Part shown: positions 23,914-35,939 of the stretch, one piece after another | How positions within the stretch are numbered: position 1 is the stretch's first letter | How the letters are laid out: each line of letters opens with the position of its first letter | Origin: Cladosporium halotolerans | Taxonomy: Eukaryota | Length of the DNA stretch: 64,000 nt | Assembly: GCF_011745625.1 (NCBI RefSeq) | Contig: NW_027191455.1 | Span: 1,116,001 to 1,180,000 of the forward strand | Direction of reading: 5' to 3' | The notes under the pieces: generated by a model | Told to the model about the DNA's origin: nothing | The model's input: only the letters and a program-made list of their open reading frames with translations | The model's database searches: none | Position numbers and translations under genes: made by a program

Positions 23914-25467
23914 TCAGCCCCCCAAGTCACAAAACCTCTTCTCCCTGTCCCAGACGACATCTTTGCTCCCGTTTCCATTCATCCTTCTGAGCATCCGTAT
24001 CCGATGCGCAGGTATAAAGTCCTCCTCTTCCACAGCCTTACCCCACTGCTCAAGCGGCAGCCACATGAGCCCTTCGAAGCGGTCCAGATAGCCGACCTCG
24101 TAGTCGAAGCATGTATGCGCAGGATCCCAGCGCAGCCTTGAGAGCACTTCAGAGGCTGGCGGTAGTCGTTCAGGACTCGAAAACAGTTTGGTCTTGTCAC
24201 CGGAAGGGCTTGAGGCCTCAGGTTTATCTGTGGTGGATGACCCAGTCTCCATGCGGTAGTCGTCGAGCATCCTTTTGGCTCCCACTTGCTTGCACAGGTC
24301 GAACTCCACCCTCCCATTCAATTTGTCGATGACAAGATCGAGAGCATTCAAGAACTCAGCCAGTTCTTCGTTTCTCTCATTGGTCACGGGTACATCGTCT
24401 GGGCGCACGATTTCCAATCCGAAGATGTAAAGCCATTCGCTACGGCAGTCACTGCTGAAAGCATGCGGCCAAAGGCGCAGCTTTTCATGGATGAACCCAG
24501 ATTTGTACACCCCTTCGGGCAAGTTTCTGAGTTCTTTGACGACCTGTGACCGGAACGCTTCGCGCTGCTTGGACCTCCAGCATTCTGCCTTTGCGGTCAG
24601 GAAAGTTTGGTAGCGCCTGCAAAAGTTCAGGTAATGCTGTTCGCACGTCCAGTTGAGTGAGCCGGGATTCTGAGCCAGGTGTGCGATTTTCGCCGCGATG
24701 AGGACTTGGTTCTCGGTCGCGATTTGGACCGTTCGAGCATAAGCTGATCGCCAAGGCGATGTAAGAATTGCCCGTAGGCCCTCAGGGGTCTTGCCTCGGT
24801 CGACAAAGGCTTGCACACCAAAGACGAAGGGGCGGTGGTCTTGCTTGTCTTCTGTTTGGGTCCAGGCGTGGAAGAGCATCCACAGTAAGCTGTCTTGGCC
24901 AAGCAGACCGAAAGCTTCTGAGAAGATCCCGGTAGCTTCTGCCCACAACCTCAGTGACTGGTATGCATTGCAGAATGAAGGGACGTCGTCCTTCAGAGTA
25001 TGATGCAGATACCAGGTGTCTTGTATCGCAGCCAACTTCTGCTCAACGTATCTTGGGGGGCGGACTGAGGCTTTCGTGAATGAGGGAAAGCCATATTCGG
25101 GGACGGTGGCCAAGTCGAAATGAGCTGGTAAGCTGCAATAGTGGAGCTTGACTTGAGAGCCAATGTTGGAGTCGGAGATTACGCAGTCATGCTTGGGCAA
25201 ATCTTCGCGCTCGAGCTTCTCCGCGACGTACTCCCAGAAGGTATTCGAGCTGTTGTCGGTCAAGCAATAGAGATGGACGATGTCACCTGGCCTGCTGAGG
25301 CCAAGACTGTACGGTCCAGCTGGGAAGAGGTAGCGCTGTGGACCTGGGCTCACATGCGCATCTCGTGGCGTTTGAGGAGCCCCATACGTTTGTATGTCGC
25401 ACTGGAGCCGTTCCGCCAAGTGGGCCACCAGGCTGTCAATGTTTGCTCTGTTCTTGTCAGCCGCCAT
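23914..25467 (-). CDS. Degenerate poly(A)-polymerase-like protein with C-terminal MJ1316 (DUF504) RNA cyclic-end recognition domain
   Basis: C-terminal LPPASEVLSRLRWDP...YEVGYLDRFEG...FIPAHRI...VVWDREKR. PAP central-like LRLWAEATGIFSEAFGLLG; NTase-like PAGPYSLGL...GDIVHLYC. Likely ATG at 25467 (MAADK); the ORF track start at 25746 is non-ATG. Confidence 0.78.
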   Translation of the reverse strand: MAADKNRANIDSLVAHLAERLQCDIQTYGAPQTPRDAHVSPGPQRYLFPAGPYSLGLSRPGDIVHLYCLTDNSSNTFWEYVAEKLEREDLPKHDCVISDSNIGSQVKLHYCSLPAHFDLATVPEYGFPSFTKASVRPPRYVEQKLAAIQDTWYLHHTLKDDVPSFCNAYQSLRLWAEATGIFSEAFGLLGQDSLLWMLFHAWTQTEDKQDHRPFVFGVQAFVDRGKTPEGLRAILTSPWRSAYARTVQIATENQVLIAAKIAHLAQNPGSLNWTCEQHYLNFCRRYQTFLTAKAECWRSKQREAFRSQVVKELRNLPEGVYKSGFIHEKLRLWPHAFSSDCRSEWLYIFGLEIVRPDDVPVTNERNEELAEFLNALDLVIDKLNGRVEFDLCKQVGAKRMLDDYRMETGSSTTDKPEASSPSGDKTKLFSSPERLPPASEVLSRLRWDPAHTCFDYEVGYLDRFEGLMWLPLEQWGKAVEEEDFIPAHRIRMLRRMNGNGSKDVVWDREKRFCDLGG

Positions 25468-26772
25468 GAGGGCCGCAGCAAGGAGTGCGAGAAATGGGAA
25501 ATGGTTTGCATCGTGACTGATACATTGCGCGCAAGCTACATGATAAATACATTGCACTCTGGGATTCCGGGTCGCCTTACCATCGTACCATCTTAGAGCA
25601 GGATGAATCACCCAGGTGAGTGATGAGTGATGAGTGATGCATCCTTCAACTGCAGCCTTCAGCGTGAGTGCCTGAGGCCATAAGCTGCACGCCTGATATT
25701 TTCCAAGTCCGCTCAAGCCACGAAGGCCGAAGGGAAAATCACTCAATGGACCGATGATGTATTTGGGGTCAGACTACCGGCAAGGAGAAGGATCAACGAG
25801 CACCTGACGCTGCCCGTGGGGAACAAGAGTCTTGCCCAGTCCACTCTCGAAGCTATCTGGCAAACCTTATCGTAGTGCCCAGAGACAAGCCCCCCGTCTG
25901 GCAAACGGCCCGAGACGCACAGGGGGTTAGCCGATTGATCGGTGATCTTCAGCAGATGCTCCTGCGAGCGCCCAGCAGACAGCAGACCGTATATACCGAT
26001 GCTTCTATCGTCATGGCCGCAGAGGCAGCACGCACCGACAGCTGGCGGCGCCCCCAGCCGCCGCCTTGATTAGGGATGACACGCCGGATGGCGGCAGTGG
26101 CTGGAGCGCAGTCTTCGACGCGTCTTCTGGAAGCACTCTAACCCCCTCTAATCGGCCGGCCGCCTACGCAACGGGCAAAGGTGCGCGGTGGTGCGGTGGG
26201 GCAGAGATCGGCGTCGATGATGGAGCTGCCCGCGCTCGTGCCCGGCCATGTCTGATCTGCCAGTCTCCGTCGGTCTGCTGGCGCTGGTGAGGAGCACCCA
26301 AGGTTTCTCCTTGCTTGACTGCCGCCGTCTTTCGTCGCGTGCCCACGCACATTGTTCCCGCTCCATCCATCTGCATACCAGTCTCGTCGTGGAATTGCCC
26401 TGTCCTCACCAAACCGCCGTCTTACTCACGCTGGCGCCAGTGGACGCTGGGACCCTGGCACTTTGACAACCGCCTGTGACGCTATCGTAGCCCTCTTCTA
26501 GCGCGTAGCCACATCCTTCACCCTCCTAGTCTGGCCGACGAAGTCGCGTAGCCCTGGGGTCTTCTGGGACGTGTCAGCATCGCAACCCTGCTGTCATAGT
26601 CCAATGGCATTGGTGTCGCACCATTCCTAGCTTACCCGGGTGGCCGCAGCACGCCTAGAGCGCGTTCGCGCCGCAAACACACCGCCAACATCCGCCATAC
26701 CATCCAGTCTTCGACGCGACTTGAGCTGCTGCTCTCCTGCTTGAGCAGCTTCGTCAGCACCATTTGGGTAGA

Positions 26773-29706
26773 ATGCCCACCATGCGCCGGCAACCTCTGC
26801 GCAGCTCTCAGACCGCGACTCAGAGACCGTCCGACCCACATACCCTCCTCCAAAGCTTCGATAGTGGCATCAATCCGAGCAGACCCGTAAAGTCGTCGCC
26901 CTTGGGAAGTTCGACAATCGCCGGACTTCCACTGGAGCTCATCGACCGCCTCAAAGCCTTTCCGCTCTTTCAGTCTGCGCCCGAATCCTTCCTGCTCTCT
27001 ATCGGTAAGAGCTTACGGCCCAGCATCTTTCAGCCCAGCCAAGAGGTTATCAAGGAAGGCGACGATGCAAAGTCGATGTACTGGCTGGTGCGCGGCAGCG
27101 TCAAGGTCACCAGCATCGATGGCGAGAGCACGTACGCCGAGCTCAAGCCCGGCGCGTTCTTTGGCGAAATCGGAATCCTCATGGACATGCCACGAACCGC
27201 GTCCATTGTGGCCACCGTGCGCAGTCTGCTCGTGCGGCTGAACAAGGAGGACCTTCAGAAAGAGCTGCCGAAATACCCTGAGGTTGAGAATGCAATCAGA
27301 GAAGAGGCTTCCGAACGCTTGGCCATTCTAGAACGCAAGAAGAAAGAGCGGGGAGGCATAGGAAGTCAAGGAAATGCAGCGGCACCTACGGCGGCGAGAA
27401 AGAGGTCACGCGACCTGCTTGCTGGCGACGTTGAGATGGCTGAGGTGGGATCGCTTGTGGATGGAGAAGTCCTGAGCAACAAGAGAAGGAAATCGCCGTC
27501 CCCGGGTATAGCAGAGGTCGCAGCATCGAGTGCGCTGGGGAGTGCGCCGCATACTGTGCGTCAGTTACTGAAAGAGCTCCCGCTATTCTCTTCTTTGCCA
27601 GGCGACATACTGCATTTCCTGGGCGTCAACGCGCAACCCGCATCGTTTCCGCCATTTACGGAAATCATCAAACAGGACAGCACCGGCCGAGACGTCTACT
27701 TTATTGTCAAGGGCGATGTAGAGGTCCTGACCAACGCGCCCGACTCACGGCGCGGTTCAGCGCAGCAGGAAGGCGCCAAGTTGAGGAAACTGGACCACCC
27801 TGACGAAGAGCAGCGACGCCAACGCGTTCGGGCGCGCTTAAAGGTCGGACAGTACTTTGGAGAGGTCACCAGTCTATCACTATCCCCTAGGAGAACGGCG
27901 ACCGTCCGAAGCGTAGACGCAGTTGAGTGTCTGTTGATCAACGGAGAAATCCTTGATCAATTGTGGAACAAGTGTTCGCCAGACCTTCGTCAGCAGGTCG
28001 AGAGTGAGGCGAAGCGTAGATTGGAGGCCGCGAAGAAAGACGATGACGTGGTAATGGCCGACATAACTCTAGATGGTCCTGTGGGAAGTGGTGGCGCGAC
28101 CACAGAGCCTGTGAAGGATGGCGAGGACAATTGGCGACAAGGCCTTCCGGTCGTGCGCTTCGAAGAGCCTTTCGACATGCCTCTCCCCTCCATCCAGCAA
28201 ATGGAACCCGTCGACCCCGATCCGTTCTTCAACCAGAACCTGGACAGCATGCGAGCGAGATCGCGACGCTCTTCCCTTGCGCCTCCTCAGCCTATCGCTG
28301 AGACCCAACAGGTCTCGCCGCTAGAAACCCTGCGCACACCGTCACCACCTAATACTCAACGATTGTCGGCTTCTTCGCCTTTGCGGCCCAAGAGCGTCGG
28401 ATCCACCGAATCTCACAATTCCCCCTTGAAGCTATCACCAACAACAACGCGTCGCCCTAGTATGGTTCGTCAGCCGTCAAATGTCGGCAAAGGCCGCCTT
28501 CCTGACAATGTCCTAACGAAAGTCTTCCAAAACCTCGATCTGCTTGACTTAATGAAACTACGCCTTGTCAGCATGCACTGGCACAACATTCTCACCACCT
28601 CCCCAGATATTTTGCAGCAGCTCAACCTGAGCAAATACAACAGGCACATCACTGATGACATTTTGCGAGATGTCATCGTTCCCTTTGCTGGGTCAAGACC
28701 CAAGGACATCGATCTCTCGAACTGCTTTCACGTAACCGACGAAGGATTCGCCACTCTCGTTGAGGCTTGCGGTGCTGGCGCGAGGATGTGGAAGATGAAG
28801 TCTGTTTGGGACGTCACTGCACCAGCGGTCCTGTCATTTGTGGAAAAGGCAAAATGCCTGGAGGAAATCGACCTCAGCAACTGTCGCAAAGTCGGGGATA
28901 ATCTCCTCGCCCGTGTGGTCGGTTGGATCGTCCCGAAGGACTCACCACAGCAGAAGCCTCTACCGCCGCCTCCGACCAACGGCAAACGGCACCACAGCAA
29001 ACGCAACGGCACATCGATCAAAGCTGTCTTGGAGAGTGAACCTCCACCTGCTCCGGGCAGTGTCATCGGCGCTCCAAAGCTCAAACGGCTCACGCTTAGC
29101 TATTGTAAGCACGTCCAAGACCGCAGCATGGCACATATCGCCCACCACGCCGCCGACCGCCTGGAGAGCCTCGACCTGACGCGCTGCACTTCCATCTCCG
29201 ATGCAGGCTTCCACAGCTGGGGCGTGTACGAGTTCAAGAACCTGCGCCGCCTCGTCCTCGCCGACTGCACGTACCTCTCTGACCAAGCGATCGTCGGCAT
29301 CGTCGGTGGCTGCCGCAGCCTGCACGAGCTCGACCTCTCCTTCTGCTGCGCGCTGTCCGACACCGCCACCGAAGTGCTTGCGCTCGGCCTGCCGAACCTC
29401 CGCCGCCTCAACATGGCTTTTTGTGGAAGCGCCGTGTCGGATAACAGTATGCGCTGCATGGGCCTTCACCTGCTCGAGCTGCGCTATCTCTCCGTCCGCG
29501 GATGCGTCAGAGTCACGGGCCACGGTGTTGAGAGCGTCGTCGAAGGCTGTCGCTACCTGGAGGAGTTCGACGTATCGCAGTGCAAGAACTTGCGACCTTG
29601 GTTGGATCGTGGGACTGTGGGGCGGATCAATGCTCCGAGGCCTAATGGGTTGGGCAGGAGGATCTTGTTTGACACTGTTGCGAATGGGACTTGGAGGACG
29701 GGGTAG
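26773..29706 (+). CDS. Cyclic-nucleotide-binding (2x) F-box / leucine-rich-repeat protein
   Basis: Two phosphate-binding cassettes (FFGEIGIL..PRTAS; YFGEVTSL...RRTAT), F-box LPDNVLTKVFQNL, and Cys-containing LRRs (LxxLDLSxC). Start could be 26773 or 26782. Confidence 0.92.
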   Translation: MPTMRRQPLRSSQTATQRPSDPHTLLQSFDSGINPSRPVKSSPLGSSTIAGLPLELIDRLKAFPLFQSAPESFLLSIGKSLRPSIFQPSQEVIKEGDDAKSMYWLVRGSVKVTSIDGESTYAELKPGAFFGEIGILMDMPRTASIVATVRSLLVRLNKEDLQKELPKYPEVENAIREEASERLAILERKKKERGGIGSQGNAAAPTAARKRSRDLLAGDVEMAEVGSLVDGEVLSNKRRKSPSPGIAEVAASSALGSAPHTVRQLLKELPLFSSLPGDILHFLGVNAQPASFPPFTEIIKQDSTGRDVYFIVKGDVEVLTNAPDSRRGSAQQEGAKLRKLDHPDEEQRRQRVRARLKVGQYFGEVTSLSLSPRRTATVRSVDAVECLLINGEILDQLWNKCSPDLRQQVESEAKRRLEAAKKDDDVVMADITLDGPVGSGGATTEPVKDGEDNWRQGLPVVRFEEPFDMPLPSIQQMEPVDPDPFFNQNLDSMRARSRRSSLAPPQPIAETQQVSPLETLRTPSPPNTQRLSASSPLRPKSVGSTESHNSPLKLSPTTTRRPSMVRQPSNVGKGRLPDNVLTKVFQNLDLLDLMKLRLVSMHWHNILTTSPDILQQLNLSKYNRHITDDILRDVIVPFAGSRPKDIDLSNCFHVTDEGFATLVEACGAGARMWKMKSVWDVTAPAVLSFVEKAKCLEEIDLSNCRKVGDNLLARVVGWIVPKDSPQQKPLPPPPTNGKRHHSKRNGTSIKAVLESEPPPAPGSVIGAPKLKRLTLSYCKHVQDRSMAHIAHHAADRLESLDLTRCTSISDAGFHSWGVYEFKNLRRLVLADCTYLSDQAIVGIVGGCRSLHELDLSFCCALSDTATEVLALGLPNLRRLNMAFCGSAVSDNSMRCMGLHLLELRYLSVRGCVRVTGHGVESVVEGCRYLEEFDVSQCKNLRPWLDRGTVGRINAPRPNGLGRRILFDTVANGTWRTG

Positions 29707-30138
29707 AAATGAGAGGGATCGCTTGCTCGACGGATCGCTTGCTCGACGACGATGCGGAGAATGGTTTACGGTTACAGCACGGCGCTCTTGGATTGGGGAA
29801 CGGTATCTGGCCCCCCTGGCTTTTGGATTGATTGGATATTGGAAATTTCATTGGAATGGAGAACCAATGAGATGTACTAGAGGAACAGCATACTTCAGTC
29901 GCTATAATGAAGACCTAAATCTTCACAATTATCCTTTTGGCGATGTGATGAAGCTACTTAAGGTTGGCTGCGCATGTTCTGTGAGCCGTGCAACCACCTG
30001 CGAAAAGGGGTATCTTAACAGAAGTTGCGACGAGAAGAAAACCACCCGAATCCTCCAGCACCGACCATCCATCGTATATCAAGCACTCAAGGCCGTCGCA
30101 CAATTCTCAACACAAGCTTTTGAGGCATCGAGTTGACA

Positions 30139-31471
30139 TCACTTCGCAACCTCACTAGTATGCGTCATCTCCACCCTCTTATATATGCCCGAAGCGGGAT
30201 GATGCAGCCTCTCCTCGCTTCCGCACCTCATCGTCTCAACAGACTCCCATTGATACCCGTCGTCCGCTACCGGTCCTCCGGTAACGCGCACGTCGTACGG
30301 CGATTTGCCGACATCGGCGTCCGAAGATCCAGCCACGGACGCTCCTTCCGCCGTCGTTGTCCCTGATGTACTGCCCTTTTTCATGTGCCGCAGGTTCACC
30401 TCCTCCACGGGATCTGGAAACGACGTCGGGCCGCACTGTGGTCTTAGGCGCGAGGTATGGCTGCGGCTGAGGCCGCCGTTCGCGCCGGCGGCTGTCCCCC
30501 TCGAGCGGCTGCGTGTGCCCAGTTTACTGCGCGTGCCGTCTAGCGCGGCGGAGAAGAGGGGTTTGAGCGTCGGCAGGCTGGCGGCGAGGATACCCAGGCA
30601 GAGCTCGAGCATGTACCAGATCTGGAAGTCGTTCTCGAACTGCTGGTCGGGCGTGGTGGTGACTTTGGTCTGCAGGCGGGCTTTGAGGATGCCGGCGATG
30701 CAGGCGATGAAGCCGAGCGAGAGGACGACGATTAGGGAGGCTTTGGTGCGGCGGTTGACTTGGAGTCTGAGGACGACGGGGACGGGGAGGAGCGCGAAGA
30801 GGCAGTCGGTGAGGATGTTGATTATGGAGTTGAAGAGGCCGATGAAACCGTATGTTTGATTCGAGAAGCAGCGGGTGCTTGGGTCCATACGGATGGTGAA
30901 GTTCCAGTTTGCTGAAATGGGAGTGCAGCCAAATACAAGTGTGCCGGTGCAGGCCAGGGCGAAGCATGTGAGGAAAGCTATCAATGTCAGCTAGTGGAGT
31001 TGAGATTGATGTCAAAGGCCACTCACCGACGGAGCACCAGAGAAAAATCCTCCATGGTTTCTGCAACATGATGCGCATAAGGAAGAATGCGATGGAAATC
31101 TTGACGAGCACGACTCCCCACATGATCAGCAGACCGTGTGCAAATAGCCACTGCATGTACGGCTCCAACATCCATCTCTGCTGCCATTCTGAATGCCGTC
31201 CCATTCCCAGTGTCGACTCTCCGCACAGGCAGATGAACGTTGCAAGCGCCATCATGGCCGCCGTGAGCATTGCCCAATCGTCCATTCCGACGAACTGGAG
31301 CATGCGCGCTCGTACATAGAGACGCAGCCCAACGACAACGAGCGCCGCAAAACCAAAGGCGCCGGTGACACCAAGAATGTTGGCGACATTGCTTTCTTCG
31401 AGGTAGGCGTGACTTGGTGGTTCAGGATCGTCAGTTTGTCGCGCGTAAATTGCAGGCATTGCATTTGCCAT
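30139..31471 (-). CDS. PTH11-like integral membrane receptor (fungal rhodopsin domain, no CFEM); one intron
   Basis: LRLYVR...GMDDW, LGMGRH, KISIAFFLMRI, CTPISANW, NILTDCLFALLP, ELCLGILAASLPTLKPL. Intron 30978-31026. Confidence 0.9.
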
Positions 31472-33282
31472 TGATGAATAGCAAACGATGACGACAAAGG
31501 ACGCGATATTGCAGAGACGTATTCGCGGTGATGTCTTGATGCGGCGTGGCTGAAAAGGCGGTAGCTGTGCTGTGTACCATGCTACTTTACGAAAAAGCTT
31601 CTTGATGGCAGTCGTCAAATCACAGGAGACAGATGCATAGACATGCCACTTGGTGGATCGAGACCCACGTGTTATAAAGAACGTGGCATGGGCATGGATC
31701 TCTCGTCGATTCCGCGGCTGAGATCACGGGTCAAGACTAGCACGACTGATTCGCCAAGAGGGTAGCCCTGGAGTGAAAGACATGGGATAAAATATCGCGA
31801 AGACGCAAGGACGGGGAGTGATCTGGATCGAGCAGGTCGTTCGGAAGAGCGGATGCCGTGCACTAGCACTCTTGATAGACAGTCTCGCAAGCAGAGGGTT
31901 ATATTCTTTCACGTCAATGCGCGAGCGAGATGCAGGAACGCAGAAGCGACGTTGCCAGCAACAGATGGGCTAGTTCCTCGGAGTCCAGCAGTTCCATTGT
32001 TCCAAGGCCCAAGGCACCACTGTCGAAGAAGAAGAGGCACCCTGACTGAGACATTAGCGGTCATGGAAATCCAGAATCAGGTTAGGTGGCACCTCGGAGG
32101 TGCAGTAGGGTGCCAATTAGACCGAGGCTGCCAATTGTAAGGATGCGGTCGAGGCTGTGAAGTAATATAGATCTCGCAAGGGTCTCTGTCCCATGCTGCC
32201 GCTGTGGAGTCGTGCCCTAACCGGGTTCCGGCGGCCGCGGCCCGGACGATGCACTCAGTTGCGGCATTCTTCTCCGCTGACAGGGATTTAAAGAGGCATT
32301 GGGTAACTCGCCATGTCTGAATTCATATGGATAATTATCCTTGCCTCGAGTGCCTGGACTCGTAACCGAGCGGTACTTGACCGCCAGCCACAGAAAGCCC
32401 TCTGAGCATTGAGAGCCAAGGTTAGAGCGAGAAGCTATTCCGATAGGCCATGTTTTTCGCCACAGCGAAGGCTGTACTTAGAGCGATACTTGAATGGCAG
32501 GTCGAAGGCTGAAATAGCTTGACAGGTCGGCCTGGCGGCGTGATCATTCCCAGAAGCTGTTCATCAGTCACAAGTCCGGAGACTTGCAGTCGAGTTCATT
32601 GGAATGTGGTGAAAAAAGAAGGCAACGCTCATTGGACTTTCATGAGGCGGAGGTGCCGGGTGGAGGGTGTACAAAGCGTAGCGCCGGCACTGCCAGAAGG
32701 CGGTGCGTGAGAGTTCACAAGTCCCTGCATGTGGCGCAATCGAAGTGGCCTTCTCTCAACCGCACCCGACCGGCTGGCGGCTGTTCTTCCATTCCACTAC
32801 GGCACGACACGGTCGAAGCGCTTTCCAATTCGCGTGAACGGCTGTCGAGTACTGTAATGCCTATCGATCATTGAAATCATTGATGCACGGCTGTCACGCA
32901 CATCCCAGGCGGTCGCTTAAAGAACGCTCACATGCTGGTGCACCCTAGTGCCGTCGGCGCAATGCGCTTTTCAGCTTGGTCCGGCGTGGAAGTATTCCTG
33001 CACGTGTATGCAGAGCCCTGTCTGGCGGCCAGCGATGCATGCGCCAAACTACAGACTACGGGATCCAGATGACCCCCATAGTGGTTCGGACTTTTAACTC
33101 TGAGCACTACCGCAGGACCTATGCCGGCCTAACCGGGACACAGCAATCTTTCCCACGCTCGCTGGCGTCTCATATATATATCGTGGCTGTGAGACTACCA
33201 ATTTTGTCCTCAACTCAGAGATCCATTATCCCTCCATTCTTCCCTGCGATCGTGCATCTTGGTGCTAGTCGACGTCGATCAA

Positions 33283-34546
33283 ATGCACTTGGCTTCAACC
33301 GTTGCTGCAGCCTCGCTGCTGGCTGCCAATGCCCATGCCTGGTCGCCCTCTCCTACCAATGGCACTGACAAGCTTGCACAAGAGGGTCTTGCCAACCTTG
33401 AGGCTTACCACAAGAGTCTCAACTCCTCGTCGAGCTGCAACCTTGGCAATGCAGCTGTTCGTAGGGAATGGCTCACCCTGAGTGACGAAGAGAAGATTGC
33501 CTACATCAGTGCCGTGAAGTGTCTGATGAGCAAACCCTCTATATCTGGTGACGCGATCCCTGGCGCAAAATCCAGATACGACGACTTCGTCGGAGTCCAC
33601 ATTAATCAGACGCTGTCGATCCACGCAACTGTAAGCCAGGCTTAGCCTCGTGGTATCCACCCAACTAATAGAATACAGGGCAATTTCCTGTCATGGCACC
33701 GCTACTTTACATGGACCTACGAACATGCTCTCCGCGAAGAGTGCGGCTACGAGGGCTACCAGCCCTACATCAACTGGGGCAAATACGCTCACGACATCGT
33801 TGGATCCCCACTCTTCGACGGCAGCGAGACCTCTATCGGTGGAGACGGAGAGTTTATCCCACACCAAGGCTTCGGGATTCCTTCCAACGACGCTCCGGAG
33901 TTTGTCATTCCACCGGGCAACGGATCGGGCTGTGTCACAACTGGTCCCTTCAGGAACATGACTGTTCGTTTGGGTCCTGTCACGCCATCACTGTACAACC
34001 TCACGGCCAACCCCAGAGCTGATGGTCTTGGACTCAATCCGCGTTGCCTGCGCCGCGATCTCTCCAACATTGGCGCTCGTCGTGGCTCCACCGAGGACAT
34101 TAGCTGTGCGTATACAAACCTAATGATTGCTCACAAATGCATGACTAACTGATTCGACCAAAGATGAACTGATCTCCAACCGCACCGACATCATCAGCTT
34201 CCAAAACAGGATGCAGGGTGACTTTCCTAACAAATACTTCGGTGTGCATGCCGGCGGCCACTTCTGGGTCGGCGGCGACCCTGGCGGCGATCTCTACGCC
34301 TCCCCTGGTGACCCCTACTTCTTCCTCCACCACGCCCAGATCGACCGTACATGGTGGATCTGGCAGAACCAGGACCCCAAGAACCGCCAAAACGCCATCG
34401 GCGGTACGAACACAATCTTCAACTTCCCTCCATCGGCCAACACCACGCTGGAGGACCTCATCGATATCGGCGTCAATGCGCCGGCTATCAAGATCGGAAG
34501 CGCGATGAGCACACTGAAGAACCAGTTTTGCTACACATACGCGTAA
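33283..34546 (+). CDS. Secreted tyrosinase-like di-copper protein; two introns
   Basis: Signal peptide; VRREW; CuA HINQTLSIH...FLSWHRY; CuB HAGGH...DPYFFLHHAQIDR; C-terminal CYTY. Introns 33631-33678 and 34106-34163. Confidence 0.9.
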
Positions 34547-35006
34547 TCGTTGGACGTGCATGAGGGATTTGAGATCAGCATATTGGCGGGCGGACACTTG
34601 AGCATTTGTTGAAAGCATGATAGACCCGTAATACGTCCAGCATTTCCGCTTCGACGAAACCAAATATCCTCCCTGTGTTCATGCCCCGAGCCGATGAAAT
34701 GTCCCAACCATGGAAGATATCGTCAAATTGGCCGAACCCGACAGTATGGGCTCTCTATCGCGCTATCGCCGGCAGTGGTACAGTCTGACCCAACCTGCGG
34801 CCCTGCCTCTGCCAATCCATATACTAGCAATGCACATCCGCAAGGAATGCAAGCGCATCTTCGCTCTGCCACGCGATCGCGCTGCTGTGGAGCGTTTTGA
34901 TTCGCTGCACAGTCCCCTTGTTGGCAGTATTGTGAAATTTCCTCCAGCCCATGTGTCCGTCGAGCTCTTGGAAGGTTCCGTCTTCTTCTAACCATGCTTC
35001 TCTCTT

Positions 35007-35368
35007 TCAACCCTTCTTCTGGTTTGCAGCCTTCCCGCCAGTAGGCTTGCCAGGCTCAGACAGCTTTCTGTCCTTCTTTCCACCGCGCAGCAACTCCAAG
35101 TGGCCAGCCTTGCCAGCGAGAGCCTTCTCGGTCAGGGCGGAGAGACCCGCGGTGTGCTTCTTGTGGACATGGTGCGCCTTGACGAGCGACGCCTTCTTGG
35201 GCTTGATGACCCTGTTGCCGGTCTGAACGCGCTGCGATCTGCCAGAGAGAAAGGAAGATGTCAGTTGGGACTGTCCAGCCTCGACGTCTCAGTGGTGGAA
35301 GAATATACGTACGGTTTGGCGGGTGTTTTGGGCCCGGTCTTGGACTTCTTGAGCTGTGCCTGCGGCAT
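35007..35368 (-). CDS. Small basic protein, UPF0390/DUF2462-like; one intron
   Basis: MPQAQLKK...RVIKPKK...[30 protein letters not shown]. Intron 35239-35312. Not present as a single ORF in the track. Confidence 0.75.
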
Positions 35369-35939
35369 TTTGACGATCCCCGCTCTTGGACTGCCCGGTT
35401 TGTTTGAGAAGATATTGGGTGTAGCGAGGGCTGCGTCGGGGTTTGGTGGTAGAAAGGGCAGCAGGCTAAATGGGCGGGCCAAGGGTGGCGCAAAGGCCGA
35501 AAAAAGTTCGCGCCTTCTCCGCAGTCGACCCCACGATTGGCAGCCCCAGAAGCAGCTCGTCGTCCGTCCATCATCTCTCTACCATCGATACTATAGCAAA
35601 CTCTCTGCTTTTACCCGCGAGCCCTAATGCGCGTTGTTGTCATCCTTGAGGCTGAGACATGGCATTACTACATCCGTGCAGAAACCACTTTGTCCGTACT
35701 TCATCTGCTCACATTGTTCGTCTACTGCCAATGCCCAGATACCGTATTCTACTGCGGTCAACATCATGTGGGCCATACTTTCTGCCTTTAGCCGCAGAGA
35801 TAGCATGTCCGCTTGCTCAAGCCTCTGCACAGTAGTGAGCAAGGTATTCAAATGTCTCGCGTAGCCCTGGTGATATGTCGGCCTGGCAAGCCTACGGTAG
35901 GTCTTCGTTTCCTTGCAAGAAGCACCTTCTCCTCGCAAG

